This document shows positions 50,510-64,000 of a stretch of DNA of 64,000 bases, piece after piece (position 1 is the stretch's first letter; every line of letters begins with the position of its first letter). The notes under the pieces are model-generated. The model was not told the origin of the DNA and did no database searches. It was given only the letters and a program-made list of their open reading frames with translations. This DNA is from Octopus sinensis (lineage: Eukaryota): positions 57,536,001-57,600,000 of the forward strand of contig NC_042998.1 of assembly GCF_006345805.1 (NCBI RefSeq). The letters are read 5' to 3'. A program made the position numbers and the translations under genes.

Positions 50510-52110
50510 TAAATCTCTTTCTTGATTCAGCGAGTGAACGACTATATCGTCACACAGCCTGATAGGAAATAAAAATAGAAGCCAAATCATTTTCAAATTA
50601 CACCATCCCGTCTTAAATAAGCAAATGACGGTTTAGTTAATGTAGTTCTAGATATCTTTACAAGTTCGCATGATAAGAGTTGGACATAAACAACTATAGC
50701 AAATCTGTCTCTTTGTTCGGCATATCGACTACTTAGTGAGCAGATTTGCTAATGCAAGTGTATAGTGCCATTTTATTTCTAACGGAGTTAGCAATGATAC
50801 GATGTATTACTGTAGCGAATTATTAGAGTTTTTATGTACATTCCCTCTATTCTATTCTGTTAGTTTCTCTTTCTCTTTTTCACTGTTTTTGCATACTTAA
50901 TGACTCTACACCTTTCCCTATAGCTTCAGCTATTGACATATCTCGGCTTTCGGCGTCCACTAACTTTTCATGTTTGACTACTATTCATATTATGTTATTT
51001 TCGATGGCGGTCATCGTGTCAACAACACGCTGACTGTAACCAGGCAGCAATATTAACATTTACACGCGCACACATACATGTTCTATTCTAGTATTTTTTT
51101 CCGAAATGAGTAACTGGAATCTTAAAAGGTTTTATTTGTTTTCTTTCTCTCTTGTGACGTATAAAATACACGTGCTCGTAAAACGTGCTGCTTTTTAAAC
51201 AACAATAATTTCTCATAAACATTATGATCCCACTGAGATAGCAGACAGGGATCCTATTTGTTGGTGCTTGACAATAAATAACAATGATACCACCAAGTTG
51301 GAGCAATTATGAAGGATTTCTGACATAGGAACAATGCCTCACGCTAATAGTGATCATTTTCTCTTCTTAGAGATATTTCTTAATTGTTCTACTGGTTCCA
51401 CCTTAATTGGTACATATTTTATTGAGCTAGGTATTCAGAAAAGACAACAACTATACTTCAGTAAAATTTGAACTTGGAATGTAAAGATTATAAATAAAAT
51501 AATTTGGTCGATGTTGTATCGAATTAGCCAATCCAACGCCCTATATAAAAACAATATTAATAATAATGATGAAATGCTGAAAAAAAAGTATGAAGAGGAG
51601 AAAGACAGAGAAGGAAGAAAAATACGTAGAAATGAATAAAATCATGTTAAAAATCCATTTTAATGGTTATTACAATTTTAATTAACAATAATGTTTTAAT
51701 TATTCGTTCCAGCTTAGATGGAAACAACGAGAGGGTGCTAATAAATTCAGTTTACTTTTGTCAAACAATTTCTTATTATCTTTTTATCATATATTCTTGA
51801 TTTAAAATTGAACATTGTAAACTTGAAACAATTCTCTTTTTGCTCAGTAATGAGAATCAGGAGAAAATTTTCCTTATTCGTCAGTTTTACAATTATAGAT
51901 TTTTTATTAAATTCTTTTTTCATTCCGATTTATAAATTTCATCAGTTTTTCGATCGTCTTAAATAAATCGTAATTCTTTTTTAGAGGTATAGAAAACAAA
52001 TAAACTAATTATTTATTTATTTTACGTGGAATGTGAAATAAAGTCAAATATATTTCGATTTTCTGTATGATTATTTGAAACCAACGATACCTATCAGTGT
52101 TTGGTGATTC

Positions 52111-52193
52111 GTGTGTAGCACACTGGACTAGTGTGCAGTACTAGTGTGTAGCACACTGGACTAGTGTGCAGTACTAGTGTGTTGCACATTGGA
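52111..52193. repeat. 33-bp minisatellite (2.5 units) with internal hairpin
   Basis: Unit GTGTGTAGCACACTGGACTAGTGTGCAGTACTA; GCACACT..AGTGTGC is self-complementary. Confidence 0.9.
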
Positions 52194-52689
52194 TACATTG
52201 TCTCATATGAGTGAATAGTAGCTCTATCATGGGACATATTGGAAGTTTGTAAACACTTGGGAAGTGAAGCAATTTTGGTAGCCCCGAAAAGGAACTGTAA
52301 TTTATCTAAAATGATGCAAAGCAAGCATCTTTTCATGGTAAATGTGATTTCTAGAGAATTTGTCAGTCTGCCGTTGCATATGAATGGAGAGCAAGGGATT
52401 CAGTGTAAATTAGAGTACATTTAGTAATATTATACATACGTACATACATAGGTGTGTGTGTAAGCGTGTGTGTGTGTGTGTACGTTCAGTAAAAGCGACT
52501 TTTAAAAATTGGAACTTAACAGGGGCCGATTTGTTCAACTAAAAGACTTTAAAGGTGGTGCACCATTCCAATAGCTGAAACAAGCAAAACAAATAATATA
52601 CATATTCGTATATATATTTATATATGTGTGTGTATGTGTGTGTGTGTGCGTGTGTGTGCGTGTGTGAGTGTGTGCGTGTGTATGTGTAC

Positions 52690-54070
52690 ATATTTCTAGA
52701 TGTAACGCTTAATTTAAATACCGGCTTATACGGGCTATACCATAAACCTAACGAAAAATCTAAGATATGTCTGCAAAGAATCGTATCATCCACATTCAGT
52801 AATAAACGGAATAGTGAAAAGTGTGTGAAATAGAATATCAAGGCTTTCTGCAAATGACGTAATATTCAGCTCATACGCAGAATATTATAATACAGTATTA
52901 GCTGGTGCAGAATACACTGAAAATATTAAATATATACCTAAGAATAGTATAGTTAATCAATATAAAAATAAAAATAACAACGCCAACATTATATAGAGGT
53001 AAGACTGATAATGAACATAAAGAACGTAAATAAAGAAAAGGTGATTATGTTGAAATTACAGAAAAGAAAGGCTTATGTTTAAAATAGTATTTGGTTAGTG
53101 GAAAAAATAGGACTGAAAATTAAAAAAAATTAATATAGAAATAATATTAGAAATAGGAATAAAAAAATCTAACTTGAATTCTTATCTTCATGATTTCACC
53201 ATGTACTACAACTATTACACTTAAACGGATAATGAATCTAAAACAAAAGGTGGTATTTGGGTTATATGTATCGTTTAAAATTGCTCGGGAATGTTTCTCT
53301 GCATTAGATAAACATTTCCTTAAATCTAGATACTAATACAAAATTGCTAATAGGCATATCATGAAACTGTCCTATACAACCTCAAAACTTCTGGCATCCC
53401 ATATTCATAAACAGGAAAATAAAGAACCGAGTCAAGCAATCACAAATGCTAAATCTATGATGCAAGACAACGAGAATCTCGCAAATAGGGATAACTATAA
53501 TCGTGGAAGGCATAATCAAGACAGTCCATTTGATTCCGACATAAGTAATAATACCACAGATGATATAAATAACGATGTGAATGAGGTAAACACTAATAAT
53601 AATGACGTTGGGGATAACAAGAATGTTAACAACGAATATAACAATAATAAGAACAACGGTGCCACTAAGAACAAAAATTTATAAAAGAATTTAAGTAGTA
53701 ATCTAGTTGGAAAATAGTACAGTAAAATTGTAATTGTAGATAGAAAAGCATGTCCTCTCCCAAAAATTGTACACACGTGTATTGTCAGAATGAGTGCATA
53801 TGAATATGTATGTTTAGGTGCAACAAGCCACTATTTCAAGAATCGCCGGAGAATCCTATTTGCATCATTTAGGAACATCGGCAAAAGACAAGGCACATAA
53901 CTCTCTAGCCTGATCTAGAAGCTCAAACAAAAAAGCAATGCAATGCAGCATGACTTGGTTAGTGGTAGAGAACGCTTACCCGTATAATGTACACTCGGAA
54001 TCGTGTAACATATGCCTGGAAGAGACACTACGCATCTTATTTAACTATTAACAAGCGCTCTGAAATTGTT
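52690..54070 (+). mobile_element. Decayed Penelope element 3' half (RT thumb, linker, GIY-YIG)
   Basis: FLDVTLNLNTGLYGLYHKPNE, DKHF..KIANRHIMKLSY, NCNCR..CPL, YVCLGATSHYFKNR..ASFR; Asn-rich insert in the linker. Confidence 0.8.
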
Positions 54071-54994
54071 AAAAATGTAATTGTTAAAAATGTAGACTTA
54101 AAGCTCAGCGTTGGAATTTGGAAGAAACCTTCGTTACTTATGATTAATCAATTATTTATTTACTTATAAATGTAATTATTGTTTTTGTATTATTAGTAGT
54201 AATTTTTGTATTTTTATTAGTAGTAGTATTACATTGATGTACATATATATAATATGATTGCATAATAGTTTGTATATGTGTAATGTCTTGTTAAACGTTA
54301 AACGGTTCTTAGATAGATTTATCATTAGGCATACATATATATGCGCTTACGGGGTGTAATGAATACGGAATGTATTTCTGTAGTAGTATTATTATATGCG
54401 AATAAACATATTGTGATTTGTAGAACTATATAGATCTATACGAAGAAACCGTATAAGTTTACTCTTCAAAATTAAATTCCTCTTTTAAGTATAAAGTCAT
54501 AATTCCAAATGAAAAGATAGAAATAAGAAAAAAAGATTATTATATGAGCGTGATTAGGTTTCAATAGCAGGGTAGCGTAAATAGGTGCAGCATTCATGAG
54601 AAGGAAAAGTGTGAGTGTATGTTTGGATAGATATAAATACATATATACTCATGTATGTACATTTGTGCCGAATAAATGTATATGTATGTATATATACATG
54701 CGTGTAAGTAAATTTGTTAGTTTAATAACTCGAAAAGCAATAGGGTAAAGACAGTGGTTGTGATATTATATATATGAAATTAAATATGTAAGGTGACAGC
54801 GCTTGTTATTCTACTGCGTTAAGAAAGAAGGGAACATATGTCACTGTTTTATTTTTAAGTGATACGATAACAGATTCAAGAGATGGGTAGTTATCAAAGG
54901 TTATCCTTTTATGACATACCTATCTTTACAAGTATTTGTTTTTTTCTATTTTCCGCCCAAAATTACGGACAAGTTTGTGGTTAAAGACTAAATA

Positions 54995-56118
54995 AATACG
55001 TAGCTTCTTTAGTCTGTATCTTGTTTTCTCTAAAGAAATTTAACAGGGTCTGCAATGATCTAACGACTCCCACCATATCATAGATATACCGATGCCAACA
55101 TTGTCCTTGGTCGGTCCACATCTTTAATTTCTCGACACGTTCCCCGTTCCCTGCACATCTTGCGAAGAGCCCAAGACTTGTCTTGATAACCAACTTTTAC
55201 TTTAGAATGTGCAAAATAGCTTTGTTTCACAAGGCGCTGATGTTTGCACTTTCACTGGGAATGGTAAAACTACCACAGATATAGCAAAAATGTTCAGAGC
55301 TGTTCAGGCACTTACGATGAGAAGTAGCAGAGGTGGACATAACCTGAAAGAAAAAGGAAATAAATAAGTTTGAGAAAAAAAGAAAGTTGAACACTCACAA
55401 GTTTAGAGAAACAAAACAAAAATGCTTACATACGGTCTGCTAACACCTTGTATACAGATTTAATGCATTGTTTGCATAATACAATAATAATCAGTTATAT
55501 AGAGCAGCCACATGAGCCTGTAACTACTATGGCAGATAAATATTTGGGGATTCACCCAAAAATGAATATTCATACATGTACACTCATACAAATATACCAT
55601 ACATACATTCACACAAATACTCCATAAAAAATAGAACAGGGAAGAAACTTAGGCTTGAGATATCAGGACAAAATCTCTCCATACTTCAAAGCACAAGTTC
55701 ACTTATATCAAAGCCTTGTAATCTCTCCTTTACCGCACAAATATGATCTCTGATCTCTAACTTCGAACTCTCTGCACTACAGTACTTGTTACTCTCATAT
55801 CTTTGCCACAATTATATAATTTTTATGCACCGGAACCCCATGTCAGCTAGGCTGACATGCTTTTCAAAGCTCAACCTAAATCATCAGATGTGAAAACTTT
55901 TCACTCCTTATCAAAAGCAGAATAAAATCAATCAGATGACCAGTCCTATTACTTATGGACAAACAATACAATTGTGCTTATTCAGAGAATAAGAAAAACA
56001 AAAACATGGAATGATAGAAGAAAGTTGTCTGCAGGCTTGAAATCAGCATGCCAATTTTAGTCTAAATAAAGTGAAAAATCCAACTCATCAGAAATTATGT
56101 TCAAAATTGTTCCCAGTG
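54995..56118 (-). mobile_element. Chapaev3-like (CMC superfamily) DNA transposon 5' remnant
   Basis: Minus strand HRKCLNSSEHFCYICGSFTIP..YFAH..VGYQDKSWA..MWT matches, from recall, the Chapaev3 N-terminal zinc finger. Preceded by a polypyrimidine-CAG acceptor. Terminus 5'-CACTGGGAAC at 56118 next to TTA. Confidence 0.7.
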
Positions 56119-56235
56119 TTATACTTTAGAAATTTTTAAATGACTCATGTTCAAAGCGACATGCACCCTGAATATAGCAAATTTGTGAATTTTATGAATT
56201 ACATTGTGCATTTTTAAGTCTTATTGATGTCATTA

Positions 56236-56448
56236 TTTCATTTCTATTACAGGTCTCTGGTGAATATCATTCTGAACACTATATCCTTTACAATGTTTTC
56301 GGATACACGCATTTTTCTACGAGATCGAGACATTCAAAGATATGATCAAATTTGTGGAATAGAAACTAATCTTCCCTTCTAATATTAAAAGCTTTGTGAT
56401 TATGAGTTTGTCTTTACTTGTAGAGTCCTTTGTTAAAAACAAATCGCA
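56236..56448 (+). promoter_or_regulatory. Splice acceptor (tttctattacAG, 56251-56252) and 5'UTR part of the ankyrin exon
   Basis: Pyrimidine-rich tract ending in CAG|G. A weaker alternative acceptor (tttgtctttacttgtAG) ends at 56423. Upstream ATGs lie in the putative UTR. Confidence 0.5.
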
Positions 56449-57804
56449 ATGACTTCTAACCGAGGCAATTCGCAGACAAGACATTTTTCCACTGGTGGTA
56501 ATTCTGCTATCGATTACCTCACTGTTCCTGATCATGATCTGCAGCTGATACCACCACAAAGTCCGGGTAGTCTGTCGGTTCCAAGTTCCTGGAATCGTAA
56601 TACTGCAGCTGAAGAATGGCGACGTGCAAGCAGTACAGCTTCGTCAATATTCGATTTATCAACTGAAGCGGAACAGTTAGAACGGGCTTTGCAGGAAAAT
56701 GATACCTTGTCACTGACGAAGATTCTCAAATTACACCATACCAAATTTCCAGTAACAATAAATAGTGATAACTTTACTGAACGAGGCAGTTGTGATTCTT
56801 ATAGTCAGCGGATCAGTCAAGGAAGCCAAAACTACGTCGAACGAAATGACAGAAGAGAAAGTGTTGTAACGGATATAAGTGATGTTCCGGCAATATTTCG
56901 TACATCACTTCATGTTGCCGTACAAAATGATTCAGTTGATGTCTTGAAAATTCTATTAAAATGTGGTATTGATCCAAACATGCCGAACCAGTTTTGTTAC
57001 AGTGCATCACGTAAAAATAGTATCATCACTGAAACATCTTACCCTGTCAATAAAGAAGATGTGGAAACCAAATTTGTAGTTAAACAGAACAATAAAACAT
57101 CTAATTATCAGGCGGCTTCTTCTTCAACCAAACTGCAGGTGGCTTCGCTTATAAATGAATCTCGCCAACACCATCAATCGAGAAACTTGTCTTCTACTCC
57201 AGCAAAACACGAGATCTTATTTGAATTTTCTTTCAACTACAGTCAAGAAGAATTGTTCAACTTACCAGTACTCTACTTGGCTATTATCAATGCGAACGCA
57301 CCAGCAGTTGATCTTCTCTTAAAATATAACGCTAACCCGAACATCCAAGATCGACATGGTGTCACACCGTTGCATCTTGCATCCTGTGCCGACTTTTATA
57401 ATGAGAAGTGTATTCGCCATTTGATGAAACATGGCGCCAAAATCCATATGCAAACGTTCTTTGGTGTGTCTGCATGTAATATTCGGTCGAGTCTTGACAA
57501 AGAGCAACTAGATGTTATAAAAGAGATGATGAAACTTGAAATTTCAACAAAATGTCAATCTAAAATTTACAACATGGGAGTTAGCCAAGATTCGTCAACT
57601 TCTTCAAGTGGAGTTTCTCGATTTTTCAAGAGACTTAATAGTGAGAAATTAAAATTCAAAGACAGACGCGTTGCTTTAACGGAAAGCTTTATTGAGTCGG
57701 ATTTAGCCGAAAGAACATCGACCAGTTCCTACCGAAGCGCTCGAAGCAGACAGCAGTCAAATCGTTTCAGCATTACTGATGACACGGAAACAGACATATC
57801 AATG
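56449..57804 (+). CDS. First coding exon of an ankyrin-repeat protein (452 codons, phase-0 donor; gene continues beyond this exon)
   Basis: Longest ORF in the window, no TE motifs. Ankyrin repeats: TSLHVAVQNDSVDVLKILLKCGIDPN, PVLYLAIINANAPAVDLLLKYNANPNIQD, GVTPLHLASCADFYNEKCIRHLMKHGAKIH. In-frame TAA at 56434 upstream of the ATG. Consensus donor ATG|GTAAGT at 57804/57805, 7 codons before the ORF stop. Confidence 0.85.
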
Positions 57805-57991
57805 GTAAGTACAAAATTCCAGTAGAAAGCTATTACAATTATGTATTTTATCTTTGATTTTATACCTACGAATCTTCACTAATTCGTAATAATCAGGAAT
57901 TTAGTGAAGGAGATTAGTTTCATTGTAAAGTTGAAAATGAGTTAAAAGAGAAGATAATCAGAGTTAGTAAAGGCTCATAGCCTAAGGAGTG

Positions 57992-58420
57992 GAAGCACGT
58001 GGATTAGTGGTTAGGGTGTTGGACTCTTGATCGTAAGATTGTGGCTTTGATTCCTGGACCGGGTGACGCGTTGTGTTCTTGAGCAAAACACCTCATTTCA
58101 CGTTGCTCCGGTCCACTCAGCTGGTAAAAATGAGTAATCCTGCGATGGACTGGCATCATGTCCAAGTGGGGAATATATATGCCATGAAGCAAGAAAATCG
58201 GCTCTCACGAGTCAGTATGACTCGAGAATATTACTTTGCCCTTTCTTTTTACATGGCCTAAAGTTTACGCTGTTACACTTCATCTTACGATCGCGGATTC
58301 GACTCTTGCACCAAGCAGTGTATTGTATTTTTGAACAAAACACTTCCATGTCACGTAGTTCCAGTCCACTCAGCTGTAAATGTGTAACGCTGCGACCGAC
58401 TGATGTCCCGTTCAAGGGGA
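57992..58420 (+). mobile_element. Two tandem CORE-like tRNA SINEs in the intron after the ankyrin exon
   Basis: TGGATTAGTGG box A, TTTGATTCC box B, CORE-like segment, then cctgcgatggactggcatc; a second, more decayed copy follows. Confidence 0.65.
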
Positions 58421-59205
58421 TAATGTGATATCATTCACTTACTACGCCTTAGAAAATAAGTAAGCGGATCCATGAGTCCTAGAACACGAGACAGCAATAA
58501 ACAGGGTTTGATAACATTATAAGCGCAATATTTTTGGAAAAGTAAGAAAACTAAATGTAGCCTAACATGGGAAACACGTGTATATATTGCATCGGTGTAT
58601 AAAAGATATTTGGTTTCACTCTAGAGCTCCTTTTACGTTAAAGATAGCAGATCATGATAAAGCCCCCGTGACTACTTCGATCATAAGATGGACATGGGAC
58701 TTTCAGTTACAACAAGTTTAATAAGAGTGAAACAAGAAACAAATATGGGAACCGCCTGTTGCTAACTAAAGTTTTAAGACGTTCAAATTTTCTTGAAAAC
58801 AAGATGTAATATCTAATAAATTTGTTATATGTAATGCTATTGCATAAAGTAAATTTGTTATATGTAAAGTAATAGACATAATATTTTTTTTTTTTTATAT
58901 ATCAAAGCTATCACATATAATAAAGTTATTAGTTTATAAATCGCTGTCTGAAATTTGGCAAAATTCTAATATTTGTTTGCAGCTTGAACGAAAATTCTAT
59001 ACGATTCTACTCAATTCCACCTATTCATCTTCCCGTCTCTTACTCCCCATATTACCCACTCTTTTCATTGCAATATCTTCATAAATGATATGTTCACACT
59101 CCTACCTCCTCGTCTGCTCTCTCCTCTTCCTTCAATGCTTTTAGCAGCCGTCATCTGGTGGTTGTTCAAGAGGAACATTGTCTGCGTCGACTTCCAGATC
59201 TGCGA

Positions 59206-59252
59206 TGGCCTACGTTGGCCATCGTTGGCCTACGTTGGCCTATGTTGGCCAT
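59206..59252. repeat. 10-bp tandem repeat (TGGCCTACGT), ~4.5 units
   Basis: Directly visible. Confidence 0.9.
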
Positions 59253-60246
59253 AGGCACAACAGCTCCGAACCAAATCATTAAAAATGTTTACAATAATTT
59301 CAACTGATGTAATTCAATGGTCGAAATAATGAAACACCGATTGTTATTTCCGTTCTTGAAATTTGAAACACCAGTTTCCCAAATCCTTTCATCTATTTTC
59401 GTTGCCCACTATTACTGTGTGGGCCGTGTGGAGGGGCGGTAGAGTCTCAGATAACCCTCTAAAAGGTTCTATCAGATTCAACTCACAGCAAATGTTTCGG
59501 CAGGATCCCCAAGCGAAACCGACCGAGGCAATGGATATTATTCAATTATTTCGCTCGCGGTGTATCCCTTACCTCTTGTGATATTTGGCCTTTCCGATAA
59601 AAATTTTCTCCGTGATCAAATCCTTATGTATTCTAACTACATATCAAGGCTTTGCCCTCTCATTATGGAGAAATAGTGACTCAACTGGTAGCGATTTCCT
59701 CATTTCTGAGCTACACACCCTATCGAATAATGTTACTTTACAGACTCTTTGGATCTATTTCGGTCGACTGTATACGCGACTTTACTCCCTCAATTACGAA
59801 AATTCATAACCATAGGCAAGGATATGCATCAGTGCTGAAACCGGCGAGTTATTACTTCGGCAATATGTTATAGTCGCTGTCATACTCTCAAAACTTACGG
59901 TACAGTGCAAAGAGCTAGGTTGATTTAAATTTGTATGGTGCACTCTTAGTCAAGATATGTACTGCTTAGGAGATCAGATGTTCACTATAATACAAACATA
60001 CTATTATGTAGAAGACGGAGAAAATTATATAACTCCATATGTTTTTTTATGGTGTAAGGAGAAACATTAGCCATCATAATTTTATTCAGAACCTCTCAGA
60101 TTGGTAGGTCAGTTCGGAGGAGTTTTCCTCAGATTGGAGACCTAGCTCGAATGATTACAACAAAGGGGACTTTGTTAGAAGCACACAAGGGTTTAAAACC
60201 AAATTAAAGATTGTTAGGAATAAGAAATAATAGAAAAGAGCGAAAT

Positions 60247-60315
60247 GAGGATATTCATGAGTAAGTGAACTGTATAGAGGATATTCATGAGTCAGTGAAC
60301 TGTATAGAGGATATT
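60247..60315. repeat. 30-bp tandem duplication
   Basis: GAGGATATTCATGAGT.AGTGAACTGTATA x2.3. Confidence 0.9.
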
Positions 60316-62712
60316 TATTATTCTATTGTAATGATATCTAAAATTTTGAGAGATATCTATTATTTGAACAGTGTGTAAATATACCGATATACTGATAGCT
60401 TGAGGATATACTAATCACTTGTTTACTGCCGTATTACTAATTTACTCTATTGGTTTGCTACTGAGTTGCTTCCTGATCTCATGTCTGATATTATTAATAA
60501 AATTTATGAGTGAAGACAGAAGCAATATCCTGGTTCCGGTGATGCATTTGTTGACAAAATATTAATATAATCTACATAATCCGTAGGCCTATGTTGCTTC
60601 AGATAATTTATTACTTTACCATAACATGTTAATTGTGTAATAATTATAAAATAATAATCTAATGAGCACCTTTTGTGGGGCCGGTCTTGCTATTGCTTAG
60701 AAGAATGGGTTTTGAAAGTTTTATCTTAGGCTATTAAAACCTTCAAATGTAGAAGCATAACGTTTATTATAATTCACTAAATGAAGATTAAAGTGTTTAT
60801 TTGATTTCTTATTTTAAATATTTTCCATTTTGATGTGAAAGATCACAAACATGACATAACTCTCTGGGCAACTGCCGATATCTTCAACTGGCCCTGGCCT
60901 TGTGAACCCTTGGTGAACAATATTACATTGACATTTACTTCAAGGAAAAATACATTGATAAGCTCACTCATAGTTGAATAGACTACATTATAAAAATTGT
61001 TTTATTATAAAGGATATTGCCCGAAACGGTAGATGTTTCCTCTTTATACAGAAAGCCAGTTTATTACACATTGAAATATGTATACTCACTAATTATCAAC
61101 ACAGATCAGTACCGCTTATCCCGAATCATGCTGTTTACTGTAGTAGTTCAATATTTAACTTTACATCATTAGTAACCCATAAATTAACTGAAGCAATAAT
61201 AGAAAAACGAACTAAGTAATAAAAATCCCCCACAACGTGGTATCTAGTTAGCTGAAAGAACAACACACAGCAAGATTAAATACATCATCTCATTAAGTCA
61301 ACGAGAGATCTTCAAATAGTCATGTAATCTGTTAGAAATTGCTGCTAAATCTTTGAATTACACTACACCGTCTTAAAAATTAGACATTGTAGTTTCTGCG
61401 ATATAAATGAACGGAACAATCTATACTGGAATACTTTTTACCATAGATATTTTGTTTTAGAGCTGACCACAGATTACATAACATCAGCAGTAATAGTATA
61501 GTCTCAGGTTTTATATTTCTAGGCTTAGAACAGAGGTACCTCAAGCGTGGTTATTCAGTATTTTTCCATATCAGGGATTACATTGTATCAATAAACGATA
61601 GAGTGTAACTAGTAAGTCAAACAACGGCGTAGATTCTTGTTAGTTGAGTTATCATTTTATATGTTAACTGAATAAGTAAAGAAATAGAAGAATTAGAAAA
61701 TGAAATGATACTTCCCTCTTCTACTTGCCAAATGAAGCCAAAGAAAATACATCTACGAGTCGACGACAGAGACCCACATACTATAAAAAGGTTGCTCTTT
61801 GCGGTCGCTCTATTACTAGAAATAATAACCAAATCTTTAACAAAACACTTCCGTCCCAGGAAAGACACTCAAGATCATGTAGGTCTTAGATATACTATGT
61901 TTGGAGAAAAATCGTTTAGAACGACTTTGATCATAGGTGTGATTAGGGTTCACCTACGGATTAAACCAAAACCTGTAGCTCGGTTTAACACCATCATCCG
62001 GCACTTGTGTACCTTTTTAAGAGTTCACTCTAATACAACCATGTTTTGACCTGCCTTGGTCTCATCAATGATGGACGTTCGACCGCAATATAATTTGTTC
62101 TAAGAGAACATCCACGTTTAAATGGGGATAAATATTACCTCTCAATAATCTCTAATAAACTGTAAATATCTGGGTATCTATTGGGTCGTCTGATAATAAT
62201 CTCATCGCATCTACTTAACTCACAAGCATATTCTACACAATGTCCCGCTCTGAAATAATCGGTTGTAGGGTGTTTATATTATGAACTCCGAACGAATGGA
62301 CAATAAAGTCAGTAAGGATACGATTTGAAATCGCCGAGAATATCTATTAACGGTATATCTACCTTCTAGTTGTTGTTGATTAGCCTCAGTTCAGCCTTAA
62401 TACAACTGCTTGGATGATCAAAATCGTTCCAGTAGTGACCACCTTATACCCCACTTTTTGTAGTCGTGGAGCATCTAAAAATACATTATTCGAAGTGTTT
62501 TTCTTTCTTCAAAAACACTTTGAGTGAAATGTGACAGCTATTTCTAACTGACGGAATGACCACTTAGTCTCTTACGTTGTCTCTGCTGAATTAATAGTGT
62601 AACGAATCATATAATCCGTTTAGCTGTAAGGTGCAGCACAGAAGACTTAGAATTCAAATAATATTAGTACAAACTAATTTTGTGGAGCTAAACCTCTCTC
62701 TCCTTCTTTCTT

Positions 62713-62747
<35 letters not shown>

Positions 62748-64000
62748 AATAAGCACATCTTTCTACAACGGAATGAATCACGTGCATATTGCGTATTTAA
62801 GTACATATGGCTGATGCCGCTGTTGTTGGTGCTGCAACTAGTGTTTTCATTGATACCGACGAAGAAGTTTCGATTAGTTGTCAGAGCTAGAAATAATAGC
62901 CAACTTTCTTTCAAATTGAACTATATGGTCTCAAAAGAGAGGGGCGCATTGGATAATGGAGTACAAACATATATGTCTGAGGGAACGACAGTATGGTAAC
63001 GGATATATAAATAATATTTTATCAGCTAAACTAATCTAGAGCTAAACACTAGCAACAATAATACGGGTACATTGTTACTAAACTCTTCTGTCTAGATCTC
63101 ATGGACTAAGATATCTGGGACCTAAGCCTTTTCCCTTTGTCGCATCAATGAACTCTCACAAAACTTTGCTATGGAAGGTATTGAAGTAGTTGACTTCTAT
63201 TCCTTTTCATTGTACAAATGAATCTTCGTTCTGGTGATGCTGGAACAGGGTACTGCAATAACTTATAATTCAAAGGACTACGTACCCCATTATCCAAATA
63301 CTAAATATAAGAAGTACGCATAGGCTTAGCGAGAGGGACGCTATAAAACCACTTAAACATCTGGAAACCGCAGTCAAATTACTAATTACTGATTTGAGAT
63401 AAAATGGTACGTTGAATAATCGTATACATTTAGCTAGAAAATATAAAAGCCATAGTCGAGGCTGGAACACCTTTGATCGAAAATATTCTTTAATATGGCT
63501 TCTTTGGGGCTACACAACAACACTGGTGGGAGTTAGCGGTTAGATGTTTAGACTGGGATAATGTAATATATGAGATCTAACCCTGTTGAACCTTTATCAT
63601 AGCAGAAGCTACAAATAAGAGCAGATGCATCAAACACCTTCATTAATCAAATATCAGATAGAAGACATCAAAAGACATTCATGATGGTGTCTGACCTCAA
63701 CTAAGTAGAAGGAAATGATCACAGTAATAATTACAGTATTCATCACTTAAAGGTAGGATAATCTAATTACACTTACGTGTGAATGAATTTATCATCATCC
63801 TTTTATATAACTCATAAACACCTGAATACATCTTCACTTTTTATAGACATTTAAGTGAGGCAGGGTTTACTTTTATAGACATTTAAGTAATGTAGGTTTT
63901 ATTAACTTTGTTTAACTTCCTTGCTGTGGATTCACCTGTCATAATGTTGTTGTTACAATTAATAGTGCGTCCTTTCACATCAAAAGACAACTTGGTCCGT

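Noticed and set aside
52111-52193. 33-bp hairpin-containing repeats resembling a CRISPR array
   Set aside because: Units are contiguous with no unique spacers, no cas genes, eukaryotic context; this is a minisatellite.
53361-53684. 107-aa Asn-rich ORF as a host gene
   Set aside because: Lies in the linker between Penelope RT and GIY-YIG remnants; low-complexity TE sequence.
59540-60170. Faint RT-like (ISSFLS) and transposase-like (WRPSSNDYN) peptide traces
   Set aside because: Too fragmentary to assign family or boundaries by eye.
61705-62999. 114-aa and 122-aa ORFs as downstream exons of the ankyrin gene
   Set aside because: They overlap an old interspersed repeat and a (CT)n tract, with no domain signal or convincing splice pair.

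Overview
AT-rich, intron-like or intergenic animal DNA saturated with microsatellites and transposable elements. The tRNA-derived SINE repertoire and (TA)n/(CATA)n/(TG)n load are typical of an Octopus (coleoid cephalopod) genome; this is an inference, not a database result. Only one host coding exon is convincing: a ~1.55-kb + strand exon (AG acceptor 56251-56252, ATG 56449, GT donor 57805) encoding the N-terminal 452 aa of an ankyrin-repeat protein. The rest is layered TE debris: four R4/Dong-like RLE-type non-LTR elements tied to trinucleotide tracts, L1/Tx1, RTE and CR1-group LINE pieces, two decayed Penelope-like (RT + GIY-YIG) elements, a Gypsy insertion with a 5-bp TSD, a solo LTR, mariner, Tc1, Chapaev3-like, Helitron/Helentron and MITE elements, and several SINE families. 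The most notable signal, not shown by the ORF track, is a cluster of type I hammerhead ribozyme folds between 12.5 and 18.6 kb. It includes one fully canonical fold at 12583-12688 (-) and a perfect 132-bp palindrome carrying a hammerhead on both strands (17827-17958). These sit in short non-coding elements embedded in (TA)n tracts, and a related copy at 39.1-39.4 kb is joined in inverted orientation to a Penelope endonuclease fragment. Most short ORFs in the track are microsatellite artefacts. Boundaries of decayed elements are approximate.
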